A program made the translations under genes and the position numbers. A stretch of DNA of 64,000 bases from a virus (lineage: Duplodnaviria > Caudoviricetes): positions 1,462 to 65,461 of IMG/VR virus record IMGVR_UViG_3300035070_003918; one strand, written 5' to 3'. How positions within the stretch are numbered: the first letter of the stretch is position 1; each line of letters begins with the position of its first letter. The notes beneath the pieces are model-generated. The model searched no databases and had not been told where the DNA came from. It worked only from the letters and a program-made list of their open reading frames with translations. Positions 25,616 to 35,082 of this stretch are shown here, piece after piece.

Positions 25616-27165
25616 CAGATGTGGCGGAGCCGATTGGGCGAGAAGGAGAGACGTCTATGGAGTTGAGGAAGCATCAGCGTGAGGCCGTGGCGGTCGCTCG
25701 CGACATCGTCGCCGGAACCTTCGCGCGCAAGGTCGTCACCGCGAAGGTGACCCCCGGCGGCGGGAAGACTCTCATGGCGGCGCTGTTCGCGCGCGAACTC
25801 TTCGACGCCGGTGCCATCGACCTCGTGATCTTCGTGACGCCGCGTGACTCTCTGCGCACCCAGGTCCGCAACGAGTTCTGCAACCTGAAGCTGGGGCTGA
25901 GGCACTACCTCGTGGAGCGCGGAGGGGACAAGAAGCAGCAACAGTCGCTGTTTGGAGAAGGCTCGACCTTCGGCGGCTTCGTGATCACCTACCACGAGAT
26001 CGCGACCGCGCAGGCGACCGTGCTGAAGTGGATGAAGGGCAAGAGGGTCTTGATCATCCTCGACGAGTGCCACCACATCACCGCGAGGCCGTCGGAAGAG
26101 TCAGGGGACGGCGCTGATTGGCACGAGAAGTCGCAGTTGCTCGTGGACGCTGCCGCAAGGGTGCTCGCCATGTCGGGCACCATGGCGCGCGACAAGTCTA
26201 CCGAGCCGATATCGTTCATTCAGTACTCCAATGACGGGCTTCCGGCCCTGGACATCGCCTACAACCGCTATGACGCGCTGGTCGATGAGGCGATCGTTCG
26301 AGTGGAGTTCAAGCGCATCGACGCGAAGGCGAACTACCAGAGCGACGACAAGGTCGTCTCAATCGAGCTGAGCAAGGCTGGCAAGCTCCACGCGAAGCGT
26401 GCGCTGTCCTCCGTCGTGGACATCGAGTCAACCTACACCGGCGAGGTAGTCGAGGGCGCTGTCGACGAGTGGCTCGCGTACCGGCGCGAGGTGAATGGGC
26501 ACAGCAAGATGATCGTCATCGCTGCCACGCAGAACGCTGCGCGAGGGATCCGCACGCTGATGCAGGCGCACCTTCGCGGAGCCTTCGAGGTGGCGCTCGC
26601 GATCTCCGACGAAGGGCAGAAGGCGAAGAAGGCGATCCGCCGCTTTCGCGGCGACCCGGCTATTACGATCCTGGTCACGGTCGGGATGGCCTATGAGGGG
26701 CTCGACGTCCCAAACGTCACCCATATCGTGTGCCTCACGAGAACGCGTTCGCGCCCGTGGCTCGAGCAGGCCTTCGCGCGAGCCACCCGGTTCGACCGCT
26801 CATGCGGTCTCACGTGGTCGGAGCAGGCCGCTACCATTTTCGTCCCGGACGATGGGGAGATGCGCAGCATCATCACCGCGATCCAGGACGAGCAGGCCTC
26901 GGCCGTGCACGAGAAGGGCATTGGTCCAGGCTTCCCGCCTCGTCGGGTGCGCTCCTCGTTCGAGACTCTCGGTGCCGAGAAGACGGACGTGTCGATCACC
27001 GGAGATAGGCACTACACGAAGGAGGAGAGCCTGTTGATGGAGCGTCTTGTGCGCGAGTACGAAGGCACGCGCTTCTGGTCTCCTGAGGCGAAGCTCAAGC
27101 TGGTGGTTGGGATGGGCTGGATTGGGCGGGCGAAGGTCGTCGGTCGAACGGGCTCCCATGGTTGA
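25612..27165 (+). CDS. SF2 DExH helicase (ResIII/UvsW-like)
   Basis: LRKHQREA, TPGGGKT, ILDECHH, MSGT, EGLDVP, QAFARATR. Confidence 0.9.
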   Translation: MTDVAEPIGREGETSMELRKHQREAVAVARDIVAGTFARKVVTAKVTPGGGKTLMAALFARELFDAGAIDLVIFVTPRDSLRTQVRNEFCNLKLGLRHYLVERGGDKKQQQSLFGEGSTFGGFVITYHEIATAQATVLKWMKGKRVLIILDECHHITARPSEESGDGADWHEKSQLLVDAAARVLAMSGTMARDKSTEPISFIQYSNDGLPALDIAYNRYDALVDEAIVRVEFKRIDAKANYQSDDKVVSIELSKAGKLHAKRALSSVVDIESTYTGEVVEGAVDEWLAYRREVNGHSKMIVIAATQNAARGIRTLMQAHLRGAFEVALAISDEGQKAKKAIRRFRGDPAITILVTVGMAYEGLDVPNVTHIVCLTRTRSRPWLEQAFARATRFDRSCGLTWSEQAATIFVPDDGEMRSIITAIQDEQASAVHEKGIGPGFPPRRVRSSFETLGAEKTDVSITGDRHYTKEESLLMERLVREYEGTRFWSPEAKLKLVVGMGWIGRAKVVGRTGSHG

Positions 27166-27940
27166 CCTGCAGGTCGTCGGCATCGGCTCGAAGTTCGCCG
27201 AGGTCGGCACGGTGGCCTGGGCTGAGCGCGTCCGCCTCGAGCTCATGGGCTGCGTGAAGGACATCCCGTCCCACGTGGACCGCATTCGGCGCTACCTCGA
27301 CATCTTCCAGTCCCATCGCGCTTGGACCTTGCTGCGGGACCGCAACGGCTCGCCGTTCGACACCTTCGAGGTCTTCTGCTCGACACCGCAACCATTCGGC
27401 CTTGGCATGTCGTGGCAGGCCCTCCGCCCGTACGTCGAGGCACGCGTCGGCAAGCGCGCCGTGGACCTCGCGACGGTGGCGCCGGCGAAGGTGCCGGATC
27501 CGCCTCCGCCTGGACCGGGGCGGGGGAAGAAAAAGGACCGTCCGCCAAGCGGACGTAGCTTTTCAGAGCGCCCGTCCCACACGGCGGACGCCCAGCTCCG
27601 CGCCATCGCGGAGCGCGCGCCGGAGCCGGCGAGGGAGCTCTACAAGCAGGGCCTGCTCGGTCAGAAGGAGGCCGCGAAGCTCGGCCCGAAGAACCCGAAG
27701 CCGGAGGACGCGGCGCGAGTCACCGCGATCGCGCAGGAGCTGGCGAGCGAGGCTCGGGCGCTGGACGCCTCCACGGAGGCGCTGCGCAAGCAGGCTCAGC
27801 GCGCGCTCAACCTGAAGGCGCGACAGCTGCTCGGCGTGCAGTCGGACCGCGTGACGGACCTGCTGCGCGCCATCGAGCGGCTCGCAGATGACGACCGCGC
27901 GCGGCTCGTGGCGACGATGAAGGAGCGGGGGTGGGCATGA
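27158..27940 (+). CDS. Hypothetical phage protein
   Basis: Overlaps the helicase stop; 260 aa. Confidence 0.7.
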   Translation: MVDLQVVGIGSKFAEVGTVAWAERVRLELMGCVKDIPSHVDRIRRYLDIFQSHRAWTLLRDRNGSPFDTFEVFCSTPQPFGLGMSWQALRPYVEARVGKRAVDLATVAPAKVPDPPPPGPGRGKKKDRPPSGRSFSERPSHTADAQLRAIAERAPEPARELYKQGLLGQKEAAKLGPKNPKPEDAARVTAIAQELASEARALDASTEALRKQAQRALNLKARQLLGVQSDRVTDLLRAIERLADDDRARLVATMKERGWA

Positions 27941-27986
27941 CCGTCGTTACGAGGGCGCTGCGGGTTCGAGACGAGGAGAAGGTGGC

Positions 27987-28910
27987 GTGAGCTGGACGAG
28001 CCTCGACGACAAATGGGACGTCGGATCCAAGCTGCTGCGCGCGGCGGAGATCCTCAAGAGCGACGCGGCGCACGCCATGTGGGTGCGCGGCATCACGCAC
28101 TGCAACCGCGAGAACACCGACGGGCGCATCTACGGGGCCGTCCTCCGCTCGAAGACGTACCACCGCAAGCCGCAGGCCGTCGTCGACGCCCTGGTCAAGG
28201 TCGGGGCCCTCCTCCACCTCGGCGGCGACGAGTACGCGTTCCACGACTTCCTCGAGTGGAACGACTCGAAGGAGGAGGTCGAAGCAAAGCGGAAGCGGAA
28301 GCAGGAAAGCGGGCGTAGAGGCGGTCAGCAGAGCGGGCTGTCCAGGACCAAGCAAACCGGAAGCAAGACCGAAGCAGGTGCTTCGGATTATGGAAGCAAA
28401 AACGAAGCAGGTGCTTCGCGCTTGCTTGGGTCTAGCTTCGCGTTTGGTTCGCCGGGTGCGAACACCTCTCCTCTCCATACCTCTCCATCAGAGATCTCTC
28501 CTGAAACGGGATCCCTGCCGCCGCCCTCTGAGAGATCGCGCGCGCCCGAGGCGGCGGCGGCGGCGGCGCCGAATCCGGCGGTGGCCCAGGTTCTCGATGC
28601 GCTGAGCCGAGAAAAGCCGCTTCGCGGCGTAGCGACCACGGCTTTTGCGCAGGATTTGGCCCGATTCTGCAACGAACACGGGTTCACCGGACCCCGAACG
28701 CTGGAGGCCACGCTGACGTCGATCGGCGAGGCATCGGCGAAGGTGAGTCAGGCTGAGAACATCGGAGAACCATTGGGCAATCGGCAGATCGCCGCGCTGG
28801 TCCACGGGTGCGTTCGGACGGGTCCTCGGGGCTCGACCGGCGCCACTGCGGGCAGGCACCGGCAACCCGGGCTTGGGCACTACGAACAGACGAACGCGGA
28901 GGACGTATGA
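27987..28910 (+). CDS. Phage replication initiator (O-like)
   Basis: TDGRI...HDFLEWN N-terminal domain; internal iterons; precedes a DnaC-like ATPase. Confidence 0.75.
   Translation: MSWTSLDDKWDVGSKLLRAAEILKSDAAHAMWVRGITHCNRENTDGRIYGAVLRSKTYHRKPQAVVDALVKVGALLHLGGDEYAFHDFLEWNDSKEEVEAKRKRKQESGRRGGQQSGLSRTKQTGSKTEAGASDYGSKNEAGASRLLGSSFAFGSPGANTSPLHTSPSEISPETGSLPPPSERSRAPEAAAAAAPNPAVAQVLDALSREKPLRGVATTAFAQDLARFCNEHGFTGPRTLEATLTSIGEASAKVSQAENIGEPLGNRQIAALVHGCVRTGPRGSTGATAGRHRQPGLGHYEQTNAEDV
28350..28451. repeat. Iteron-like repeats, probable replication origin
   Basis: 27-nt direct repeat GGAAGCAAnAnCGAAGCAGGTGCTTCG at 28359 and 28392; AAGCA/TGCTT on an 11-bp period. Confidence 0.75.
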
Positions 28911-29040
28911 CCGACGGACGACAGCAGGAACCCATCGCCAGCCCGCACAGGATTGGCTCAGGCGCGCTTTTGGTACCCGACACGGGGGTCGGGTCGTCCG
29001 TGGTTACGTCGACGCGTCCTGGGGCAAATGCGGAGGTCGC

Positions 29041-29784
29041 ATGACCGGGCCCAAGTACAGCGAATCCGTGGTCGACCTGGCGACGGTGATCGAGAGGGCT
29101 CAGCGAGCCGCCGGCGCGGTGGCGTCGAGCCTGGACGAGTCGGCGAGGGCCGAGGGCGAGCGGTCCACGGCGGCACGCGATGAGGCGAGGCAGCAGGCGG
29201 CGTCGGCACGCCGCGCGGCTCAGCGGGAGGCGTCGCTCGAGACGATCCCTGTCCGGCTTCGGTGGGCTCGGCTCGGCGGCCAGTGGCCCGAGGCGGTCGA
29301 CGCGAAGGCCGTCTCCGCGCTCGAGGTCATGGGCGCAGGCCAGGGGCGAGGGGCGAACCCGCTCCTGACGCTGCACGGGCCTCCTGGGTCCGGCAAGACC
29401 TCCGCCGCGGTGGCGGTGATGCGGTCCAGGCTCGAGGCGGCCAAGCTGCCCCTGGGTCTGTTCGTGACGGCGAGCGACCTCGTCACGGCGACGAAGGCGA
29501 CCCCGCTAGGGCAGGCGGTCGAGCTCGTGGAGCGAGCCAAGACGATCCCGGCCCTGGTGCTGGACGACGTGGGCCAGGAGCCGAGCGGGGAGTGGAACCG
29601 GGTCGTGGTCGAGGTTCTCCACGAGCGGCACGCCCAGCAGCGCTGGACCGTGGTCACGACCTACTACGACGTCAGCGCGGGCTCGAAGGACATCACCACG
29701 ATGGAGGCCCGGTACGGCGGAGGGCTTGTCCGTCGCGTGGCCGAGTGCCGTCACGTGGCCTTCCGGGTGAGGGGGAAGCGATGA
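29041..29784 (+). CDS. DnaC/IstB-like AAA+ helicase loader
   Basis: HGPPGSGKT, LVLDDVGQE, ERH...TVVTT. Confidence 0.88.
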   Translation: MTGPKYSESVVDLATVIERAQRAAGAVASSLDESARAEGERSTAARDEARQQAASARRAAQREASLETIPVRLRWARLGGQWPEAVDAKAVSALEVMGAGQGRGANPLLTLHGPPGSGKTSAAVAVMRSRLEAAKLPLGLFVTASDLVTATKATPLGQAVELVERAKTIPALVLDDVGQEPSGEWNRVVVEVLHERHAQQRWTVVTTYYDVSAGSKDITTMEARYGGGLVRRVAECRHVAFRVRGKR

Positions 29785-30758
29785 TCGGCCCCGACGGACT
29801 GGACGACTACGAGGGCGACTTCGACGCCGAGGCCGACCGCGTCGAGCAGGCCGCGACGCGGGCACTCACGAGCGCCGTCGCGCCCGAGCAGCCCCGCCGC
29901 GACATGCCGAGGCCGTGGTGGTGCGCGCACTGCCACTCCGAGGCGCTGACCGAGAGCGACCGGCTCTTCGGGGTCTGCAGCGGGTGCGCCGAGCGGGACC
30001 GGAGAGCGAGGGAGCGCGCCAAGTCGAACGCGGAGCTCGGCCTCGGCGCGCCCCCGCCGCGCAGCGGACGGAGGGCGGCGTGACCCGGCTCCGCCAGCGC
30101 CTCGCGTCCTGGCTGCTCGACCTCGCGGTCCGGGTGGAGCCGGTCGTGCCTGCCGCGCCGAACTCGCCACCGCGAGTCCCTGTGCTCACCGGCCTGCAGC
30201 CGTCCCCAGCGCCAGGTGACCCCTACGCGCGCCAGGCCGGCGCTGACCTGCGCCGGCTCGCGTCCTCCGTCGAGGACGGACACGTCGTCGGCTTTCGGGT
30301 GGTGTGGCACGGGGCGCCTCACCCGCCCGAGGTGTGGTTCTACGTCCCCAATGCGATCGGAGAGGCATGATGAGCGGTCAGATCTCAACCCCCGGGCAGC
30401 GCAACCTGCGCCCCATGTGCCGGTTCTGTCGGTCCGAGCGGGTCACCCGCAACGGTCGCACCTTCGAGCGCTCGGGGCTCGCCGCGGTGTCCGTCGTCTG
30501 CGAGAGCTGCAAGCGCGAATGGGTGTCGACCGCTCAGGCCGTCGTGGCGGCGCTGGCCCCCGAGACCCTCAAGGTTGGAGCGTGACGATGAAGGACCGTG
30601 AAGAGCTGAAGCGACTCGCGAGGATGGTGCTCGACGGGTCGGCGCGAATCGCTGACCTGCGGCGAATGGCGAAGATGGTGCTGGCCGGTGACAAGGTGGT
30701 TGTCCAGGCGTCCCCAGAGCATGCACGGGCCGCTGGACTGGAGCTCGACCGTGGCTAA
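29781..30758 (+). CDS. Small coupled hypothetical genes (29781-30083, 30080-30370, 30367-30585, 30588-30758), two with Zn ribbons
   Basis: CAHC/CSGC and CRFC/CESC; overlapping start/stops. Confidence 0.5.
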
Positions 30759-31089
30759 GCTCGCCATCACCGACCACGCCATCTCGCGGTTCATCGAGCG
30801 GCACGCCCAGGGACTCACCTTCAGCGCGGCTCGCGAGCTCATCCAGGAGCGCGCCCAGCACGCCCAGCGGCTCGAGACCAGGACCGTCCTCGGCGACATG
30901 CAGTGGCGCATCACCGAGCCCGACTGCATCCTCGTCGTCAAGCGCGACAGCGAGCGGAGCCGCGCCGCGGGTCGCAAGCACCGCAATCGACCTGGCACGC
31001 AGGGGGCCGGCGGGCTCGTCGTCGTCACCGTGCTGCCGACCGTCGACCAGCAGTGGCTCGAGGACGAGACCGAGGAGGCTGCCGAGTGA
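30751..31089 (+). CDS. Small protein with T-x-HA-x-x-R motif
   Basis: ITDHAISRFIER...LVVVTVL. Confidence 0.65.
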   Translation: MAKLAITDHAISRFIERHAQGLTFSAARELIQERAQHAQRLETRTVLGDMQWRITEPDCILVVKRDSERSRAAGRKHRNRPGTQGAGGLVVVTVLPTVDQQWLEDETEEAAE

Positions 31090-31913
31090 GCAGGCGGCGA
31101 AGAAGGCAGGAGCAGGCGAGGGAGCGAGCGAAGCGAGACGAGACGAGGTCTCGGGAGACCGCGCCCACGCGAGAGGCTCAGAGCACCGGAGATCCGCAAT
31201 GGTGTCAAGATGGTATGGGAGGATCCACGGGCAAGCGCGAGGGAATCGCCGATCCATCGCTCGATGATCAGCGCGCGCGCGTGCGCGTCTGCGCCAAGCT
31301 GGTCGTGACAGATCCGACGGTCCGGTCGCAGCGGTGGCGGTGCCTGACGATGCTGCACGAGGCGGGGCTGTGGAGGACCGGAGAGACGGCGTACGACCTG
31401 GGGGAGTACTGGGGGCTGAAGGGGTCGACGGTCGAGAGCGACTACTCGTCCGTGGTGTGCGCGCTGGAGGCGATGGGCGACCCCGAGAAGGCGCAGGTGC
31501 TGTTCTGGCAGGCCCTGCACAGTTCGCTCGTGAGGGCCGAGCGCATCATTGAGCGAGCGGAGACGACGCTCGATGGTTACGAGTCTACGGGACTGAGCCC
31601 GGAGCAGTGGATGGCCGTGTCGAACGCGTTCGCGCGATTCAACGAGATGCACGACAAGGTCATCGAGCGACTGGGGAAGGCGAGCGGCGTGCTTCAGTCG
31701 GCGGGCGCGACGAACGTCGAAGTGAAGGTCCTGGGTGGGAGTGTGGATGTGGCGCCGAAGCAGATGCGAGAGGCCGTGGTCATCTTGCTGGACGAGATCC
31801 ATGCCGCATCGCCAGAGGTAGCGGCGAAGGTGCTGGGGAGGCTGCAGGAGCGCGGGCTCATCCCGTCGACGGTGGACATCGAGGCGCCGGCGCTGCCGGC
31901 AGGAGGCGGGTGA
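31086..31913 (+). CDS. Possible terminase small subunit
   Basis: HTH-like N-terminus, helical oligomerisation region, C-terminal VEVKV strand; start uncertain. Confidence 0.45.
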   Translation: MSRRRRRQEQARERAKRDETRSRETAPTREAQSTGDPQWCQDGMGGSTGKREGIADPSLDDQRARVRVCAKLVVTDPTVRSQRWRCLTMLHEAGLWRTGETAYDLGEYWGLKGSTVESDYSSVVCALEAMGDPEKAQVLFWQALHSSLVRAERIIERAETTLDGYESTGLSPEQWMAVSNAFARFNEMHDKVIERLGKASGVLQSAGATNVEVKVLGGSVDVAPKQMREAVVILLDEIHAASPEVAAKVLGRLQERGLIPSTVDIEAPALPAGGG

Positions 31914-32131
31914 TGGGTATGGTCAGCAAGCCAGGGGTCCGGTTCGACCGGGCGGCGTCGAGCCTTCGTGTGTGGGGCGTCTACGCGAATGGCGGAGCGG
32001 TCGACTTCGTCGTCGACCAGGAGAAGGCCCAGCGGCGCGCTGCAGAGGTGGCCCAGACGCTCGGGGTCGACGTCGAGCTGGTCGAGTTCGCGCCGACCGC
32101 TCAGCGTCTGGTGTTGCGGAGGTCGGCGTGA
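31913..32131 (+). CDS. Hypothetical protein
   Basis: TGATG coupling. Confidence 0.45.
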   Translation: MGMVSKPGVRFDRAASSLRVWGVYANGGAVDFVVDQEKAQRRAAEVAQTLGVDVELVEFAPTAQRLVLRRSA

Positions 32132-32598
32132 GCGCGCTACCGCTCGACATCCGCATCCGCCGACTCGACCCGCGCGCGAAGCTGCCAACGTACGGCAGCG
32201 AGCAGGCTGCTGGCCTGGACCTCTACGCGCTCGAAGACGTCGCGCTGACGCCGGGGCGCGTGCACCGTGTGCGAACCGGCATCGCCATCGAGATCCCGCC
32301 CGGCTTCGAGGGGCAGGTCCGGGGCCGCTCGGGGCGAACGGAGAGCGGCGTGTTCGTCGAGCTCGGCACGATCGACAGCGACTACCGCGGCGAGGTGGGA
32401 GTGCTGATGCACGCGTTTTTGATCGAAAGGTGGGACGAGTTCTACGGTTGCGCGTCCTTCATGTTGCAGGATTTCAAGGCCGGCGACCGCATCGCGCAGC
32501 TCGTGATCGCGCCCGTGCCCAGGTGGCGCGTGGTCGAGGTCGAGTCGCTCAGCGAGACTGCGCGCGGGGGCGGTGGCTTTGGGAGCACGGGGCGATGA
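32128..32598 (+). CDS. dut: Trimeric dUTPase
   Basis: AAGLDL, GRSG, GTIDSDYRGE, GDRIAQL, RGGGGFGSTG. Confidence 0.95.
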   Translation: MSALPLDIRIRRLDPRAKLPTYGSEQAAGLDLYALEDVALTPGRVHRVRTGIAIEIPPGFEGQVRGRSGRTESGVFVELGTIDSDYRGEVGVLMHAFLIERWDEFYGCASFMLQDFKAGDRIAQLVIAPVPRWRVVEVESLSETARGGGGFGSTGR

Positions 32599-34535
32599 GG
32601 GCTTCTCAACCGGGGTGGCAGTGCGCGTCGATGCATGACCCGGCCGGACGCCGAGGCATCTGGTTCCGCCGCGAGTCGCCGGGCGCCGTCGAGGTGTGCG
32701 CCGGCCGCGAGGGCGACGACGCCTACGTGCGGATCGCTGTCGGCGACACCGTGAGCAGCGAGCAGGTGACAGCGGTTCTTGGTTGCCTGGCCGTTGGAGC
32801 GTGGATGCTGGAGGAGCAGGAGGAGGGGCGATGAGAGACGAGGAGTGCTACCACGAGCGGGTCCGCAGGTTCGTCGACTTCTCCCGTGGGTTGGTGTTCG
32901 CCATCACATTCGCGCTCGCAATTGGTGGCGCCTGGAACCGTGACGCGTTCATGGTCGGGTGGGCGCTGGTTCTCTACATGCTACTCATGAGGAAGATGCA
33001 ATGAACGGTCCTACGCAGAAGGCAACGGGAGGGTTTACGGTCGTCGGCTGCCTGTTCATGGTGATGTGGCTGCTCTGCGTCGTCGGCGCGGTCATCGGAG
33101 CCTGGTACAACAGCGCGAGCGCGGTCGAGGACATGGGCCTGTCGCGGCACGAGTTCGACTTCTACCGCGTCGAGAAGGTCGAGGCGCCGAAGTGAACCGC
33201 GAAGACCGACCACGGATGCTCGGCCGCCGCTGGCGCGACGAGACCGGCGACCTGTGGGAGTGCACCGGTGTGCTCCTGACCCCAGGTGATATGTGGTTCG
33301 AGTTCGTTCGTAGGTCGGCGCCCATGAGGCCCAACCGCATCGCTCACATGGCACAGCCGCTGGCCGGCTGGGTAGAGGTCACCTCATGATCCGCGTCACG
33401 ATCGACATCGTCCCGGGCGGCGACGAGGCTGAGAAGAACACCGTGCGCGTCATCGAGATCGGCAACGTGACGAGGCAGGAGGACATGGGCGACCCGGTGC
33501 ACACGTACGTGGCTCGAGAGGTGTCCGCGATCTGGATGCGCCGAGAGCTGACGAAGCCGCACCGGTTCACGCACAACCGCAACGACGGCCTGGAAGCGTG
33601 CGTAAGGCGCGCGCTCGTGGCGCTGTATGGGGGTGACAAGTGACGATGGCCCGATGCGATTGGTGCGATCAGACGGCGAAGCACATCGGGCTAAGCTTCG
33701 GTGGCATCCACGTATGCGTGGACTGCTGCGCTTGTGGCGTCACCATCGAAAAGACTATGAGCCGGGTCGGCCTATGCCGCGACTGCGGCTACCCGGCAGG
33801 GTACACGCGTCGCCTTGAGGACGAGCTTAGGGCCGCGCAACTTGAACTGGCGGAGCTTCGCCGGTCGGCGTTGGCGTCGATCGACAGAATCAGGCTCCAC
33901 GACGCATCGTGGGATGCCGACCATGTGCGCCTCCGCGACGAGCGAGACGCGTGGTCCGAAGAGGCCGGGCGCCGCGGGCTTGCGTTGGCCACGGTTGAAG
34001 CTAGGTACGCAGCGCTGCTCGAGGTGTGCGCCGAGTTCGCGCGTGGGAATCGGGAGGGGACGTGATGAGTACCGAAGACGACTACGCGATCTGGTGGACG
34101 ACGCAGGCCGAGGTCGACGCGGTCCGGGAGCACTTCGACCGCGAGGAACTTGTGCTGACTGGATTGTGGCCGGAGTACCTTCAGCGCGAGTTCGAGTCGC
34201 GCGTCGGGCGACGAGGCCGCGGGCATCGTCATCCGACGCGCCGACATCCGCACGCTGGCCCACCTGCCAGGCATCGTCACGGACTTCGACCTCGTGAGGG
34301 TGGCGTGAGCGACGACGCGAAGGCCTCGGATTTCGACGACGTGATCGACGAACTGCGCCAGAGGGGAGGGCCGCCACCGGTCGCTGTGGTGACCGCCGAG
34401 GACTGGCGCAAGATGCTCGTCCGTTTCGGCTGGCCCGAGGAGACCAAGGTCAGGCTCGAGAATGGGCGCGTGATGGTGACTCGACCCGAGCGCGAGAAGC
34501 CGTTCTTCATCATCCAGCGGGAGCCAGAAGAATGA
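32595..34535 (+). CDS. Run of small coupled hypothetical genes (32595-32834, 32831-33004, 33001-33195, 33192-33389, 33386-33643, 33640-34065, 34065-34535)
   Basis: Overlapping start/stop codons; two hydrophobic proteins and one Cys-rich coiled coil. Confidence 0.5.
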
Positions 34536-34587
34536 GCAAGACCGAGTCGGTCCTGACGCTGCTCCGTGCTGAGCTGCTGGGTGGTGG

Positions 34588-35082
34588 ATGAGCGTGCACG
34601 AGGACATCCGAGGCCAGCGGTTCGGGCGGCTGATCCCGCGAGAGGTGATTGGCAGCTGCAGAAAAGGAGTGGTGTGGCTCTGCTCGTGCGACTGCGGAGG
34701 CAGCTCTCGGCGCATACTCAACGGGCTTCGCCAGCAAGTATTGCGAGGGGGCTCTCCTGCGTGTGCAGCGTGCGTAGCGCAGGATCGATCGCTTCGGAGG
34801 GCAGCGCATGACCGCAGTCGTCGAGACGCGTTGCTTCGGCAATGGCTCGCCACGGGGACGCTTTATGTTGTCGTCGACCTTGACGATCGGCCGGATCCTG
34901 GTGGGTTCGATGGTGACGGCCTCACCGTCCATGGTCCAGACCTGATGACGTACGCCGAGATTGGCGCCCAGCTTGGCATCAGCAAGGGACGCGCTCAGCA
35001 GATCGCAGAACGCGCGCTCCAGAAGCTTCGTAATCGTCTCCCGACGAGACTTAAATTCGCGCGACAGGACTACGTCGGATGA
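34588..35082 (+). CDS. Protein with GQRFGRL/CxCDCG N-terminal domain and C-terminal sigma-70 region-4 HTH
   Basis: GQRFGRL...WLCSCDCG; MTYAEIGAQLGISKGRAQQIAERALQKLR. Confidence 0.75.
   Translation: MSVHEDIRGQRFGRLIPREVIGSCRKGVVWLCSCDCGGSSRRILNGLRQQVLRGGSPACAACVAQDRSLRRAAHDRSRRDALLRQWLATGTLYVVVDLDDRPDPGGFDGDGLTVHGPDLMTYAEIGAQLGISKGRAQQIAERALQKLRNRLPTRLKFARQDYVG

Noticed and set aside
27105-27140. Short GG-periodic run (GGTTG GGATG GGCTG GATTG GGCGG)
   Set aside because: Only about 5 units, inside the helicase coding end, with no terminal hairpin; compatible with chance in GC-rich DNA.
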